Assembly: GCA_965203175.1 (NCBI GenBank)
Contig: OZ241867.1
Coordinates: 1,312,001-1,376,000 of the forward strand
DNA length: 64,000 nucleotides
DNA from: Candidatus Latescibacterota bacterium
GTDB taxonomy: Bacteria; Latescibacterota; UBA2968; UBA8231
Direction: 5' to 3'
The notes beneath the pieces are model-generated. The model saw nothing but the letters and a program-made list of their open reading frames with translations, was not told the origin of the DNA and did not search any database. Shown one piece after another: positions 40,194-50,158 of this stretch. The number at the start of each line of letters is the position of its first letter. Positions within the stretch are counted from its first letter, which is position 1. The translations under genes and the position numbers were made by a program.

Positions 40194-41366
40194 ATGCACA
40201 TTTGCCACATCCGCGTTTACTCGGTCGCCGTCCCCCGCGTGTACCACACCTACGTAGCCCCCACGGGCGGCCACAGCAAGAATGCCTCGCGCTACTACGT
40301 GCTGGAACTCGAGACCAATACCGGCCTGTGCGGCCTCGGCGAAATCTCGGATCTAGAAGATGCGTGGCAAGCGCCGTCGCCAGCGGTACTGTGCGAAACT
40401 CTGACGCCTCTGCTCGTTGGTGCCGATCCGCGCAAACGCCTCCTCGCTTGGGAGCGCGTCGCCGAGGCGCTGCCCACCAGTTACCACCCGGAATTCCGCC
40501 GGCTCGTCAGTGCAGCCGTGGAAATAGCCCTGATTGATCTCGCGGGCAAGTACTACAACGCCCCGGCCCACGCGCTTTTAGGCGGCCAGTACCGGAATGC
40601 GCTGCCTATCTCTTGGGTCGCGTACATTCGCAGTGCGGAAGAGCTGGCCGAGGAAATTCAGGAAAAGGTCGCCGAGGGCTTTACGGCCTTCAAGCTCAAG
40701 GTGGGGGCCGACTTTGACCTCGACTGCGAGCGCGTCCGCGTCTGCCGCCGGATCGTCGGCCCGGATGCGTACCTCAAGGCCGATGCGTCGGGCGCGTGGG
40801 AAGAAGAAGAGGCCATCGAGCGGATCCGCGAGTTGGCTGCGCTGGGCGTGGATGCGGTTGAGACGCCGATCCAATGCGTCGCCCGCAAGGTGGCCAAGGA
40901 TCACCCCGAACAGGTCAATGCCGACCCAGACTCCGCAGCATTGGCCTTGGCGAGGGTGCGCGCAGCCGTGCCCGCGGCCATTATCGAACACGTCGCCGAC
41001 TTTGACGACTCGTTTGCCCTCGCTCTCTTGCACCACCGGGCCGTGGACGCCTTCAACGTCGCGCCCGTCCAGGCCGGCAGCCTGCACCGCGCCCAGCGGC
41101 TGAGCCAGATCGCTGCGGCCGCTGGCGTACCCGTCTTGCTCGGCAGCACGGTCGAGCTCGGCATTGGCACGGCCGCGGCCGTGCATTTTGGCGTGGCTAC
41201 TAAAGCCGTTTGCGCGCCATCGGATTTGGTCGGTCCGGGCCTGTTGGCGAGCGATGTGGTCGCGCCGCGCTTGACCTATCAGCAGGGCTGTTTGCACGCC
41301 CCGCCCGGCCCGGGGTTGGGCGTCGAGTTGATCCCCGAGTTGATGGAACAGAAAGGAACTTCATGA
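40194..41366 (+). CDS. Mandelate racemase/muconate-lactonizing (enolase superfamily) protein, atypical
   Basis: G.GE, EIALIDL.GK..APAH.LLGG, KLKVG, PGPGLGVE. Confidence 0.85.
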   Translation: MHICHIRVYSVAVPRVYHTYVAPTGGHSKNASRYYVLELETNTGLCGLGEISDLEDAWQAPSPAVLCETLTPLLVGADPRKRLLAWERVAEALPTSYHPEFRRLVSAAVEIALIDLAGKYYNAPAHALLGGQYRNALPISWVAYIRSAEELAEEIQEKVAEGFTAFKLKVGADFDLDCERVRVCRRIVGPDAYLKADASGAWEEEEAIERIRELAALGVDAVETPIQCVARKVAKDHPEQVNADPDSAALALARVRAAVPAAIIEHVADFDDSFALALLHHRAVDAFNVAPVQAGSLHRAQRLSQIAAAAGVPVLLGSTVELGIGTAAAVHFGVATKAVCAPSDLVGPGLLASDVVAPRLTYQQGCLHAPPGPGLGVELIPELMEQKGTS

Positions 41367-42400
41367 GCCAACGCCTCTCCTATGCTAGCACGGGCGTCGA
41401 TATAGACCAGACCGATGCGGCCAAGCGCGCCATGGCCGCGAGCATGGAAACCGCAGACCCGCGCGTACTCAACCGAATTGGCGCGTTCGCTACCCTGCTC
41501 GACGCCCGCTTCCCCGAATACGCATACCCGGTGCTGGTCCACAAGAGCGAGGAGCCTGGGTCCAAGCAAAAATTGGCTTTTGCCCACGGCCGCCATCGCG
41601 GGGTCTGCTACGACATGGTCAACCACCTCATCGACGACATAATCGTCATGGGTGCCGAGCCGATTTCGATCCAAGACGTCATCGTATGCGGCGCGATGGA
41701 TGGAGCCATCGTCAACGACCTTGTGGACGCCTTGGCCGACGCCTGCCGCCAACAGGGCTGCACCCTGACCGGTGGCGAGACTTCGGTGCAGCCCGGCGTG
41801 GTCCCCGACGGCCTCTACGTGCTGACCGCCAGCGTCATCGGCGTGGTCGATAAGGACAACATCATCGACGGTCAGTCGATTGAGGCCGGCGATCAGGTTG
41901 TGGCGCTCGCTTCCAACGGTTTGCACACCAATGGCTACACGCTGGTCCGCGCCCTCTTAGACCGCAAACCGCATCTACACGCCGCAAACGTAGCTGGCGA
42001 ATCTTTCCTCGAAGCGGTGCTCAAACCCCATACTTGCTACTTGCAGGCCGTGCGCGGCCTTTTTACCGAATCCAGCCTCCACGGCATGGCCCACATTACC
42101 GGCGGCGGCCTCCGCGACAACCTCAGCCGCATCTTGTCGCCGGGACTCAGCGCGCAACTCGACTTAGAAGCCATACAGATTCCGCCGATTTTCCACATCT
42201 TGCGAGCAGAAGGCGACTTAGAGGTGGAGGATATGCTGCGCACGTTTAATATGGGCGTGGGCATGGCGCTGGTGATCGCGCCCGAGGCCGTGGAATCGGT
42301 GCTGGCCCACTTAGCGGCCCAAAACTGCCGGGCCTATCGGCTCGGGGAAATCGTCTCTGGTGGGCAAAAGGTCGCCTTGCAGGGGGCACTCGCTTGGTAA
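41363..42400 (+). CDS. purM: Phosphoribosylformylglycinamidine cyclo-ligase (divergent)
   Basis: Y...GVDI, GGETS, SNGLHTNGYT, AHITGGG, RTFNMGVGM. ATGA overlap with the upstream gene. Confidence 0.85.
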   Translation: MSQRLSYASTGVDIDQTDAAKRAMAASMETADPRVLNRIGAFATLLDARFPEYAYPVLVHKSEEPGSKQKLAFAHGRHRGVCYDMVNHLIDDIIVMGAEPISIQDVIVCGAMDGAIVNDLVDALADACRQQGCTLTGGETSVQPGVVPDGLYVLTASVIGVVDKDNIIDGQSIEAGDQVVALASNGLHTNGYTLVRALLDRKPHLHAANVAGESFLEAVLKPHTCYLQAVRGLFTESSLHGMAHITGGGLRDNLSRILSPGLSAQLDLEAIQIPPIFHILRAEGDLEVEDMLRTFNMGVGMALVIAPEAVESVLAHLAAQNCRAYRLGEIVSGGQKVALQGALAW

Positions 42401-42430
42401 ACGATCAATTTTAGAAAAGAGAAGGCGTAG

Positions 42431-45400
42431 GTGAACGACGCGAGCGGAGCCGCAAGATCCCCAAGACAGAGAAGCCCCTTTGATCACATCCTAGGACACC
42501 AGTACACGGTTTTCGACGGGCTGGCCGGGATGCAGGTGGAAGACATCTACCAAGATCAGCGCGGCCTCCTCTGGATCGCCACAGCCGACGGCGGCGTGAG
42601 CCGATTCGACGGAGCGCATTTCGATACCTTTGGCCTGTCGGACGGGCTCCCCAGTCTCACGGTAATGAGCATCGCCGAGGATCAAGACGGGCGACTGCTC
42701 TTCGGTACGCTGGGAGGTGGGATAGCTGCATACGACGGGCATGGCTTTCAGGTGTACACCACCGAGCACGGGCTGCCTTCCAACGACATAATGAGCCTGC
42801 AACCCCAAGCCGATGGTTCGATGCGAGTGCTGACCGACGCTGGGATAGGCTGGTTTGTCGAGGGGCGATGCGTAGAGTGCGTGACAGAAATTGCAGGTCA
42901 GCCGCTAGGGTGGGTGTACGACATGGTCACCGACACGACGGGTACGACGTGGCTGGCGACGCAGCAACGGGGGACCATCAGTCTGGACGGTCGGCGCATG
43001 AGCGCGAAGAACGGTGCAATGCAGTGGCCGTGGAAATTCGCTCAAGACGCCTCCGGCCCTCTGTGGATCGCCTTTCGCTACGTTGGTACCGAAGTCGTGA
43101 TAGGCCGCTACGATTCAGACAGCCAACAGCTCGACCTCATCAAGGCAGACGCGGCTATCGAGGGGACGGAGGCCGTAAATCACGGTACGCGCCATGTACG
43201 CTTGGACGATAAAGGCCGGTTGTGGATGGCTCGTCAGGGCGTGCTAGTGTACGACGGAGCCGACTGGCATTCGTTCTCGGCCGGTTTGCCGGATGTTCAC
43301 TTTTCGGAGGCGCGGCTGACCTACGAGGACCGCGAAGGAAATATCTGGGTGGGATTGTGGGGCGGCGGGCTAGTTTTTTGCGATCCGGTCAGTGTCCAGT
43401 TATACACCGGGGCCGACGGCCTGCCCGACCGCGAGGTCCACCAGCTAAGAGAAGACCACCAAGGTCGGATCTGGATCGGTACGATGGGAGGCCTAGCCTG
43501 TCTTGAAGACGGCCGGATTCGCTCAGTGGAGACCGGGCACAAGGTCTCGGCGTTGGCGATAGACTGCCAAGGGCAGGTCTGGCACGGGAGCCCCGAGGGC
43601 AAAGTAATTAAGGGAGTGGGGAAAGATGCCCAAGTGATCGAGGTGACAAAAGACAACTGCTACGACTACGAAGAAGTTAAGCTATACCCAGACCAAGAAG
43701 GGGGCATAAAGGTCGGCACTTCCGAGGGACGTTTGGGAAGGATAGAAGACGACCGTTTTATAGCGGAGGAGCAGGGGCCTGCCAATTGCCGAGTCGTGTT
43801 GCAGGATAGCGAAGGCACCTTGTGGATCGGTAGCTATGGGGCAACGCCGGCTCTGTACTATTACAAAGATGGCCATTTTCACGCATCTGATATGGCTGGG
43901 ATAGAAACCGTCGCTTACGTAAGTACATTGTGCGATTACGAAGGCACGCTTTGGGTTGGGACAGCCAACGGTCTTTTCGCCTTTGACTACCGCGCCCAGC
44001 AGGTGCGTCGGTTTACGGCAGACCAAGGAGACCTGTCCGTCAATAGCATCTTGGCTCTGGTAGCCGATTCTCATCAAGGGTGTCTGTGGATTGGGACCAG
44101 CGGCGGGGGTGTGATGAAGTACGATGGTCGAGTGTTTCAGAGCATCCGTTTGGGCAAATCCACCTTGGAGAATATCGTCGAGGCCATCCTGCGCGATAGT
44201 CGGGGCCGGTTGTGGTTCGGGACGAGGGCGGGGCTGATTGCGTATCAGCCTGGCAATACGCCCCCGGGTATCGTGATTCGCCAAGTCATGGCGGGGCGTC
44301 TGTTGGAGATGCCCCAAGCCGTGTCCTGTCCAGATAGCACCCCTGAGATTCAGTTCCACTTCCAGGGCCTCAGCTTCCGAAGCGGGGCCGAGCAGATGCG
44401 CTACAGCCATCGGCTCGTCAGCCACAGCCCGGCAGAAGAGTGGAGTGCGTTCACGTCTTCCAACAGAGTGTCGTACAACGGCGTACCGGTCGGCCAGTTC
44501 CGCTTTGAGGTACGGGTTTTAGATCGGGATGGCCTCATGTCGGAAGTCGCCAGCCTTGACGTACAGGTGTTCCCCGACGAGAAGAGCGTACGCCTCCAGC
44601 GTTTAGAACACATGCTGCAGGATGCGGATCAGGATTTTCTCAGCCAGAGCCAAGCCATGACCCAGTTCTTAGGAGAGGTCGCACAGATGGCCGAGACCGA
44701 TATGACGATGCTGGTGATGGGCGAGACCGGCGTGGGCAAGGGTGTACTCGCCCAGAGGATCCACAACCTGAGCCGACGCCGAGGGCAGCCCTTTATCGAA
44801 CTCAATTGCGGCTCCCTGCCCGCCGGACTGATCGAGAGCGAGTTGTTCGGCCACGAGCGAGGGGCCTTTACTGGTGCCGTGAAGCGGCATATCGGCTGTT
44901 TTGAACGGGCTAACTACGGCACCTTGTTCCTCGATGAAATCGGCGATCTGCCGTTGGAAGCCCAACGGGCACTGCTCCGCATTCTGGAGAATCGCTACCT
45001 GACCCGCGTCGGTGGCGAGCAGTCTATCCCAGTGGATGTGCGGGTGATTGCGGCGACCAACAAGGATCTGAAAGAGGCTATTGAGGTGGGGACGTTCCGA
45101 GAAGACCTGTTCTACCGCTTGAGCGCGTGGCCGGTGAAGCTGCCGCCGCTGCGGGAGCGCCGAGAGGATATTCCACTCTTGGCGGCGCATTTTGCGCGTC
45201 GGTATGCCCAAAATTTGCAGCGACCGGTGCCAGCGTTGGGCGACGGAGTGGTGAAGCATTTGCAGGCGTATGCGTGGCCGGGGAATGTGCGCGAGTTGGA
45301 GCACTTGATCCGGCGAGCGGTGGTGCTGTGCCGAGGGGAGGTTATTCAGGTGGAGGATGTGCCGCTGGCTGCTGAAGACGAGGCCAAAGAGGGGCCGTTT

Positions 45401-45580
45401 GCGCCGCCGGTTGAAGCCAAATTCAAAGACGAGAAACAGCAAATCGTGGAGGCGCTCCAAGTCTCCGAGGGGAGGATCTATGGAGAGCGGGGCGCGGCGC
45501 GGTTGTTGGGCATGAACCCGGAGCGACTGCGTTCCCGCATGCGCGTGTTCGGGTTGCAACGACCGAAAAAAAGGTCTTAA
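42431..45580 (+). CDS. Sigma54-dependent activator with N-terminal Reg_prop beta-propeller repeats and Y_Y_Y domain (copy 1)
   Basis: Repeated D..G.LWIGT..G blades, Y_Y_Y segment (YSHRL...Y..VPVG.FRFEVR..D), Walker A GETGVGK, ESELFGHERGAFTGA, FLDEIG, WPGNVREL, C-terminal HTH. Confidence 0.92.
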   Translation: MNDASGAARSPRQRSPFDHILGHQYTVFDGLAGMQVEDIYQDQRGLLWIATADGGVSRFDGAHFDTFGLSDGLPSLTVMSIAEDQDGRLLFGTLGGGIAAYDGHGFQVYTTEHGLPSNDIMSLQPQADGSMRVLTDAGIGWFVEGRCVECVTEIAGQPLGWVYDMVTDTTGTTWLATQQRGTISLDGRRMSAKNGAMQWPWKFAQDASGPLWIAFRYVGTEVVIGRYDSDSQQLDLIKADAAIEGTEAVNHGTRHVRLDDKGRLWMARQGVLVYDGADWHSFSAGLPDVHFSEARLTYEDREGNIWVGLWGGGLVFCDPVSVQLYTGADGLPDREVHQLREDHQGRIWIGTMGGLACLEDGRIRSVETGHKVSALAIDCQGQVWHGSPEGKVIKGVGKDAQVIEVTKDNCYDYEEVKLYPDQEGGIKVGTSEGRLGRIEDDRFIAEEQGPANCRVVLQDSEGTLWIGSYGATPALYYYKDGHFHASDMAGIETVAYVSTLCDYEGTLWVGTANGLFAFDYRAQQVRRFTADQGDLSVNSILALVADSHQGCLWIGTSGGGVMKYDGRVFQSIRLGKSTLENIVEAILRDSRGRLWFGTRAGLIAYQPGNTPPGIVIRQVMAGRLLEMPQAVSCPDSTPEIQFHFQGLSFRSGAEQMRYSHRLVSHSPAEEWSAFTSSNRVSYNGVPVGQFRFEVRVLDRDGLMSEVASLDVQVFPDEKSVRLQRLEHMLQDADQDFLSQSQAMTQFLGEVAQMAETDMTMLVMGETGVGKGVLAQRIHNLSRRRGQPFIELNCGSLPAGLIESELFGHERGAFTGAVKRHIGCFERANYGTLFLDEIGDLPLEAQRALLRILENRYLTRVGGEQSIPVDVRVIAATNKDLKEAIEVGTFREDLFYRLSAWPVKLPPLRERREDIPLLAAHFARRYAQNLQRPVPALGDGVVKHLQAYAWPGNVRELEHLIRRAVVLCRGEVIQVEDVPLAAEDEAKEGPFAPPVEAKFKDEKQQIVEALQVSEGRIYGERGAARLLGMNPERLRSRMRVFGLQRPKKRS

Positions 45581-45617
45581 AGGGAAAGTCGCGGCCAACT
45601 AGGACCATTGGGCTATT

Positions 45618-45650
45618 GGTGAAAAATCGTATTAAATACGGAATTTTTTA
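45618..45650. promoter_or_regulatory. Degenerate putative activator-binding site (UAS), copy 1
   Basis: GAAAAATCGTA and TACGGAA half-sites. TACG at 45637 is 136 bp upstream of the -24 element, as in the other copies. Confidence 0.5.
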
Positions 45651-45713
45651 GATCAACTTGTAACGACGGCGGACGGTACGCCTGATAAAAAGAAGCTTCA
45701 GGCTATATAAAAC

Positions 45714-45756
45714 TATGTTTTCCAATTCTTTAGGGCATATCCTAAAGGATTTTTTG
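45714..45756 (+). terminator. Conserved hairpin plus T-run overlapping an IHF-like site, copy 1
   Basis: AATTCTTTAGG-loop-CCTAAAGGATT-TTTT. Homologous to copies at 51234, 54603 and 61130. Confidence 0.6.
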
Positions 45757-45772
45757 TGCGGGGTCTGCTGTG

Positions 45773-45788
45773 TGGCACGAAACATGCT
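45773..45788 (+). promoter_or_regulatory. Sigma54 (-24/-12) promoter
   Basis: TGGCACGAAACATGCT versus consensus TGGCACGNNNNTTGCW. Confidence 0.8.
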
Positions 45789-45880
45789 AACACCTATATA
45801 CCGTTTCAAGTCAATTACAAGATACAGAGTCTCTGCGGTAAGGTCAGTTAGTTATAAAGTGCGGAAAGAAAAGAAATGCT

Positions 45881-48800
45881 ATGAAACGATTGCTAAAGTG
45901 GCAGATAGCTCTCTTAGCCGCATTATCTCTGCCTAGCTTCTGTGTGGCCCAAACGGATGCCTATAGACTTTTCGGCAATTCGATTCGCGTGGATCGGGCC
46001 TCGCACTGGGAGAACTGGATTTATCAGAACGACTTGGTTTCCCAATTGAATGTGCCAATCGGCGATGCGGATATTTTTCAGGTAGAGGCCAATGGGCTGC
46101 GGCCGGTATTCTTCCGCCGCAATATCAACGTGGCCCCGACGGCTGTCGATTTCACCTATCCCGATTTGGTCCGCGCTGGCGGTGATATAGTCTCTGGGGG
46201 TGCAACGGCCAAATCCAACGATGCCTTGGCTAATAATGTTATCGATGGCGACTTGAGCACCTTCTGGGAACCGGACACGCCGATCAGTTTTGCGAGTCGC
46301 TTGACTCGCCCCGGAGACTTCCATCTCGACGGCCTGCGCAACTGGGAAATCGAGATTGATCTAGGACGGTTGGTTTTTGCCGACAGCCTGACGATTATCT
46401 TTCCCGCTGGTCAGTTTGAGGACGAGTTTCTTGGCGAGCCGGTCAAGTCTTTCGTGCTTTTTGCCTCAATGGGCGAGCGCTTTCCCTTTCCTTTAGGCAA
46501 CAAGCTCAAGTTTTCCCTTATCGGTCAAGTCTCTACCGGTAGTGTAGGGGGTGAAACCGGTGCAGGGACGCTGGTTTCGGTACCCGGCACCGAAGGGCGC
46601 TATGTGCAAATGACCTTTCCGCTCTGGCCACTGGACCGAGCTGACTGGGACTTGGATGGCCGGCCCGATATCAGCGGAGCCTTCATCCATTGCGTCCGCA
46701 TTAAAATTACGGATTCAGACCTCTGGCACGACGCCTTTTTGGGTACGGGCGAAGAGGCACGTCTAGCCTATGAAGCATTGCCCCAAGATCAGCGCGGTGC
46801 GCTTGTTTATCAGCGCCAGACTGCCGGCGGGTTGCTCGTCGAAATCGAGGACGATACCAATCAGACCGCCAGCGAAAAATACCAAACCTTACCCGAAGAG
46901 AAGCGTGGCCCGGTCCTCTACTACAGCAAAGAGGTTCCCCGGATTGCCGAGGTTCAGGTCTGGGCTAAAGGCGACAACTACGCGCTGCAACCCGAAAGGC
47001 GCGGGGGGGCCTCGTTTGAAAACGGTGCCTTGGGTGCGCCCCATTTGGCCACGGATGGGCTGTACGACTCGGAGTGGCAGGCCAATACGTGGTCGCCGAT
47101 TTACGACAAGGGTACGGCTTGGTACGACTTAGGAGCCGTGTTTTGGGTCGATAATCTCTCGGTGGTCAACAAGCGCATCAACCAGAGCCACTATGGAGCC
47201 TTTTTGGGACCGGATATTTTGGTTTCCGACGGCACGTTGCTCAAACCTGTGAGTATGAACGACCGCGACGACTTTCCCCAACTCGAAGAAGCGCTCAAGT
47301 GGGACAACATCATCAGCGAGGAGCACGTCGATAACCACACTCCGATAGTGCGCATTTTTCAAGAGAACTTCCCCTATCGCAAGATTCGCTTTCTACAGAT
47401 TCGCGACATTGACGTCACCGGGGAAGTTTCGGGTCAGTACGGCCATCTGGCGACGTTGGGCGAGGTCCAGCTTTACGGCGAGGGATATCCAGTCAGCGTG
47501 TGGGCGTACTCGCCGCCGATCACGCTGACTGATTCGCGTGGCAATTTCATTCGCAAAACCCTGCCGCGCATCGCCTGGGAAGGCGATGTCATCGTCCACG
47601 AGACCGATCCGCTCACCGGCCAAGCCATCGAACGCATCGAGCCGCTGGGGCTTCACCCGGATGTCCGCTTGCAAATCCAGACCCGCACCTCTGAGCAGAC
47701 CGACACCAACTTCACATACTATCAGGTCGTGACCGTCGCTGGCAACGAAGAGCGCACGGAAGTGTCAAAGGAAGTCCACGATGAGATTGCCTTGGAGTGG
47801 ACGGCCTGGGAGATCTGGCAGACCCTGCCCGCCAGCCAGAAACACGCCTCGCGCACCGACGACGACGGCGACGGTCTGGTGGACGAGGATCGGATTGACC
47901 TGATTGACAACGATGGCGACGGTCTGGTGGACGAGGACGGCAGGAAGCTGCGCCGGGCACCGCGCTCGAGCTTTGCCAAAGACGGCGAGCTGGCGTTTGT
48001 CGGCTGGAGCGAGTGGAGCGAGAGCTACCTGCCGACCCATGGCGTCAACGAGGCGACCATCACCTCGCCCAGCCCGCGCAAGTTCGTTCAGGTACGAGTT
48101 AATATCTCCTCCGAGGATCCCTTCAAGACGGCGCGCATCCGCAGTTTGCGCATTGAGTTGGCACCACCGCTGTCGCTGGAGCTAGCTGGCGAGTTGGCGC
48201 TCCTCACCGACGAGGGAGTAGCGCGCGTGCCGACCGATTTGGGTGTCCTCCCTTCGGACTACACGCCGCCGCGCAATATAGACCCACTCGCGCCCCAGAA
48301 ATTTGCTTATTTCATTCGCGCTGCCGCGCCCGACCCGACCGATACAACGGTGCGCGACGGCTTTAACGAGGTGCTGGTTGTCGCGCCGCGCGATGCGCGC
48401 TTGACCGGTGTGCGCTTGGGGCAGGTCGCCATCGCTCGAACGCCCTCGCTGCTCAACCCAGAGCAAGTGCTGACCTCGGCGACGACCACGAAGTTTGACC
48501 GTGCCTTTGTCCTCGGCGACGACGGGGTCCTGCGCGATGCAGACGGCGCAGTGTTGGAACGCATGGCGACCGGCGCGGATTCGATCTGGGTGCGGTTTCC
48601 CTTTTCGCTCAATGCCGATCTACCAGCTGATCAGAACGCCCTCATTGAGGTGCAGTTTGCGTCGCAAAGCTTCCGCGAGGGCATTGAATTCGCCTCGTTT
48701 GTGCGCTCTTCAGGCTCGGAGGAAGGTGTATTCCAACGGGTGGACACCACCGATAAGGATGCGACCGAGTTGGTGGATTCTTCGACGGCGCAGGTCAGCT

Positions 48801-49141
48801 TGGTGGCGCTGCCGGGGTCTTTGATCCAAGACGTAATGCTAGCACCGGTTTTTACGCCCAACGGCGATGGGATCAACGATGAACTTTTGGTGCATTTCGT
48901 TTTGTTGAAGGTACAGGAGGAGCGTCCGTTAGACGTTGCATTGTACGATTTGGGAGGACGCTTGGTAGGTCAAGGGCAGGGCTCGGCGGTTGGTGGCAAG
49001 GTAGGGACGCAGGCGTTTGTGTGGGATGGACGGGATATGAATGGTCAGATTGTGCCGCCGGGGATCTATCTCTGTCAGATCAAGCTAGAAGCCGATGATC
49101 AAGCCAGCAAATTGACGCGACTCGTTCACGTGGCCTATTAA
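45881..49141 (+). CDS. Large secreted protein with Ca-binding-like DxDGDGLVDED repeats and C-terminal FlgD-Ig/CHU_C-like domain
   Basis: Signal peptide ...FCVA|QTD, discoidin-like IDGDLSTFWEP/IDLG segments, C-terminal FTPNGDGINDE...WDGRD..G..VPPGIY. Confidence 0.85.
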   Translation: MKRLLKWQIALLAALSLPSFCVAQTDAYRLFGNSIRVDRASHWENWIYQNDLVSQLNVPIGDADIFQVEANGLRPVFFRRNINVAPTAVDFTYPDLVRAGGDIVSGGATAKSNDALANNVIDGDLSTFWEPDTPISFASRLTRPGDFHLDGLRNWEIEIDLGRLVFADSLTIIFPAGQFEDEFLGEPVKSFVLFASMGERFPFPLGNKLKFSLIGQVSTGSVGGETGAGTLVSVPGTEGRYVQMTFPLWPLDRADWDLDGRPDISGAFIHCVRIKITDSDLWHDAFLGTGEEARLAYEALPQDQRGALVYQRQTAGGLLVEIEDDTNQTASEKYQTLPEEKRGPVLYYSKEVPRIAEVQVWAKGDNYALQPERRGGASFENGALGAPHLATDGLYDSEWQANTWSPIYDKGTAWYDLGAVFWVDNLSVVNKRINQSHYGAFLGPDILVSDGTLLKPVSMNDRDDFPQLEEALKWDNIISEEHVDNHTPIVRIFQENFPYRKIRFLQIRDIDVTGEVSGQYGHLATLGEVQLYGEGYPVSVWAYSPPITLTDSRGNFIRKTLPRIAWEGDVIVHETDPLTGQAIERIEPLGLHPDVRLQIQTRTSEQTDTNFTYYQVVTVAGNEERTEVSKEVHDEIALEWTAWEIWQTLPASQKHASRTDDDGDGLVDEDRIDLIDNDGDGLVDEDGRKLRRAPRSSFAKDGELAFVGWSEWSESYLPTHGVNEATITSPSPRKFVQVRVNISSEDPFKTARIRSLRIELAPPLSLELAGELALLTDEGVARVPTDLGVLPSDYTPPRNIDPLAPQKFAYFIRAAAPDPTDTTVRDGFNEVLVVAPRDARLTGVRLGQVAIARTPSLLNPEQVLTSATTTKFDRAFVLGDDGVLRDADGAVLERMATGADSIWVRFPFSLNADLPADQNALIEVQFASQSFREGIEFASFVRSSGSEEGVFQRVDTTDKDATELVDSSTAQVSLVALPGSLIQDVMLAPVFTPNGDGINDELLVHFVLLKVQEERPLDVALYDLGGRLVGQGQGSAVGGKVGTQAFVWDGRDMNGQIVPPGIYLCQIKLEADDQASKLTRLVHVAY

Positions 49142-49428
49142 CAAAGGCAGCAGTTCGGACCAGAAGTCCCGATAGGAGCGTAATGGTACCATACGAAGAC
49201 TTCACTTGGGCACCCAACAGCACGAGGATGGCCTTCACTTCTTTTACCACTAGCGACGGCTTTAGGGAGATATGGGCCGTTGATATAGACGGGAGCCACT
49301 TGGTCAATCTGACCAACGGCTTAGGTGGACACTCTCCCGCTTGGCAATCGGTGCTCCCTACTGCCACGAGCGTCGAGGCCCAGTCGTGGGGACGGATCAA
49401 ATCGCTGCTTTCAACGGGTATCCGTTAA
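49141..49428 (+). pseudogene. 3' fragment of a TolB-like array paralog
   Basis: Only the last blade and tail remain (TWAPNS.RMAF...EIWAVDIDGSHLVNLTNGLGGHSPAWQ...TSVEAQSWGRIK). No signal peptide. Confidence 0.8.
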
Positions 49429-49582
49429 TGGCTGCGACGAGGTCAGCTAGGGGTAGTCTCTGGAGTATATCTATAAGGCCGAGATGGACGGATAGAAGCC
49501 AAGAAGACGAAGAAGTTGCCGTGATGAGTGGTTGAAAATGGAGTGTGAAAGTGTCCTCAAAACTCACCGAAAGGAGTTTCCC

Positions 49583-50107
49583 ATGAAAACGCGAGTTGTG
49601 CATCAAGCTCGTCTCGTGTTAATCGCCTGTTTGATAGCTTTTGGCCTGTTGGGTATTAGCCATGCCCAAAAAAATGGACATCCGCCTTGGGTCTGGAGTG
49701 TAGCGTATTCGCCAGATGGAGGCACGCTGGCTAGCGGGGGTACCGACGAGACGATACGCCTTTGGGATGTGGCGACGGGAGAAATTCTTGCCACGCTGAG
49801 CGGGCATACGGACTGGGCCTGCGGTGTCGCCTATTCACCGAATGGCCGTACGCTGGCTAGTGGGGGCGGCGACAACAAGGTTCGTCTTTGGGATGTGGCG
49901 ACAGGAGGCCTCCTCGCCACGCTGAGCGGGCATACAAAAGCGATCACTAGCGTGGCGTATGCACCGGCTGGGGGCACGTTGGCTAGCGGGGGGTACGACA
50001 ACAATGGGGTGCGTTTCTGGGACATCGCGTCTTATATCGGCGGGGAGCCGACAGCCGTGGCCGAGACCTCATGGGGTCAGGTCAAAGTGCTGCTTTCAGT
50101 CCCGTGA
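49583..50107 (+). CDS. Secreted WD40-repeat protein (3 repeats) with WGxIK tail
   Basis: SD AAAGGAG, signal ...ISHA|Q, VAYSPDG.TLASGG.D.TIRLWD repeats, ends EPTAVAETSWGQVK. Confidence 0.85.
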   Translation: MKTRVVHQARLVLIACLIAFGLLGISHAQKNGHPPWVWSVAYSPDGGTLASGGTDETIRLWDVATGEILATLSGHTDWACGVAYSPNGRTLASGGGDNKVRLWDVATGGLLATLSGHTKAITSVAYAPAGGTLASGGYDNNGVRFWDIASYIGGEPTAVAETSWGQVKVLLSVP

Positions 50108-50158
50108 CATATATCTAACCTTACTTATTCAATCTATCCATCCGAAAGGAGCCACGTT

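Noticed and set aside
40194-41366. Calling the enolase-family gene menC because it is next to menaquinone genes
   Set aside because: The neighbours belong to the futalosine pathway, which does not use MenC, and the second catalytic Lys appears absent.
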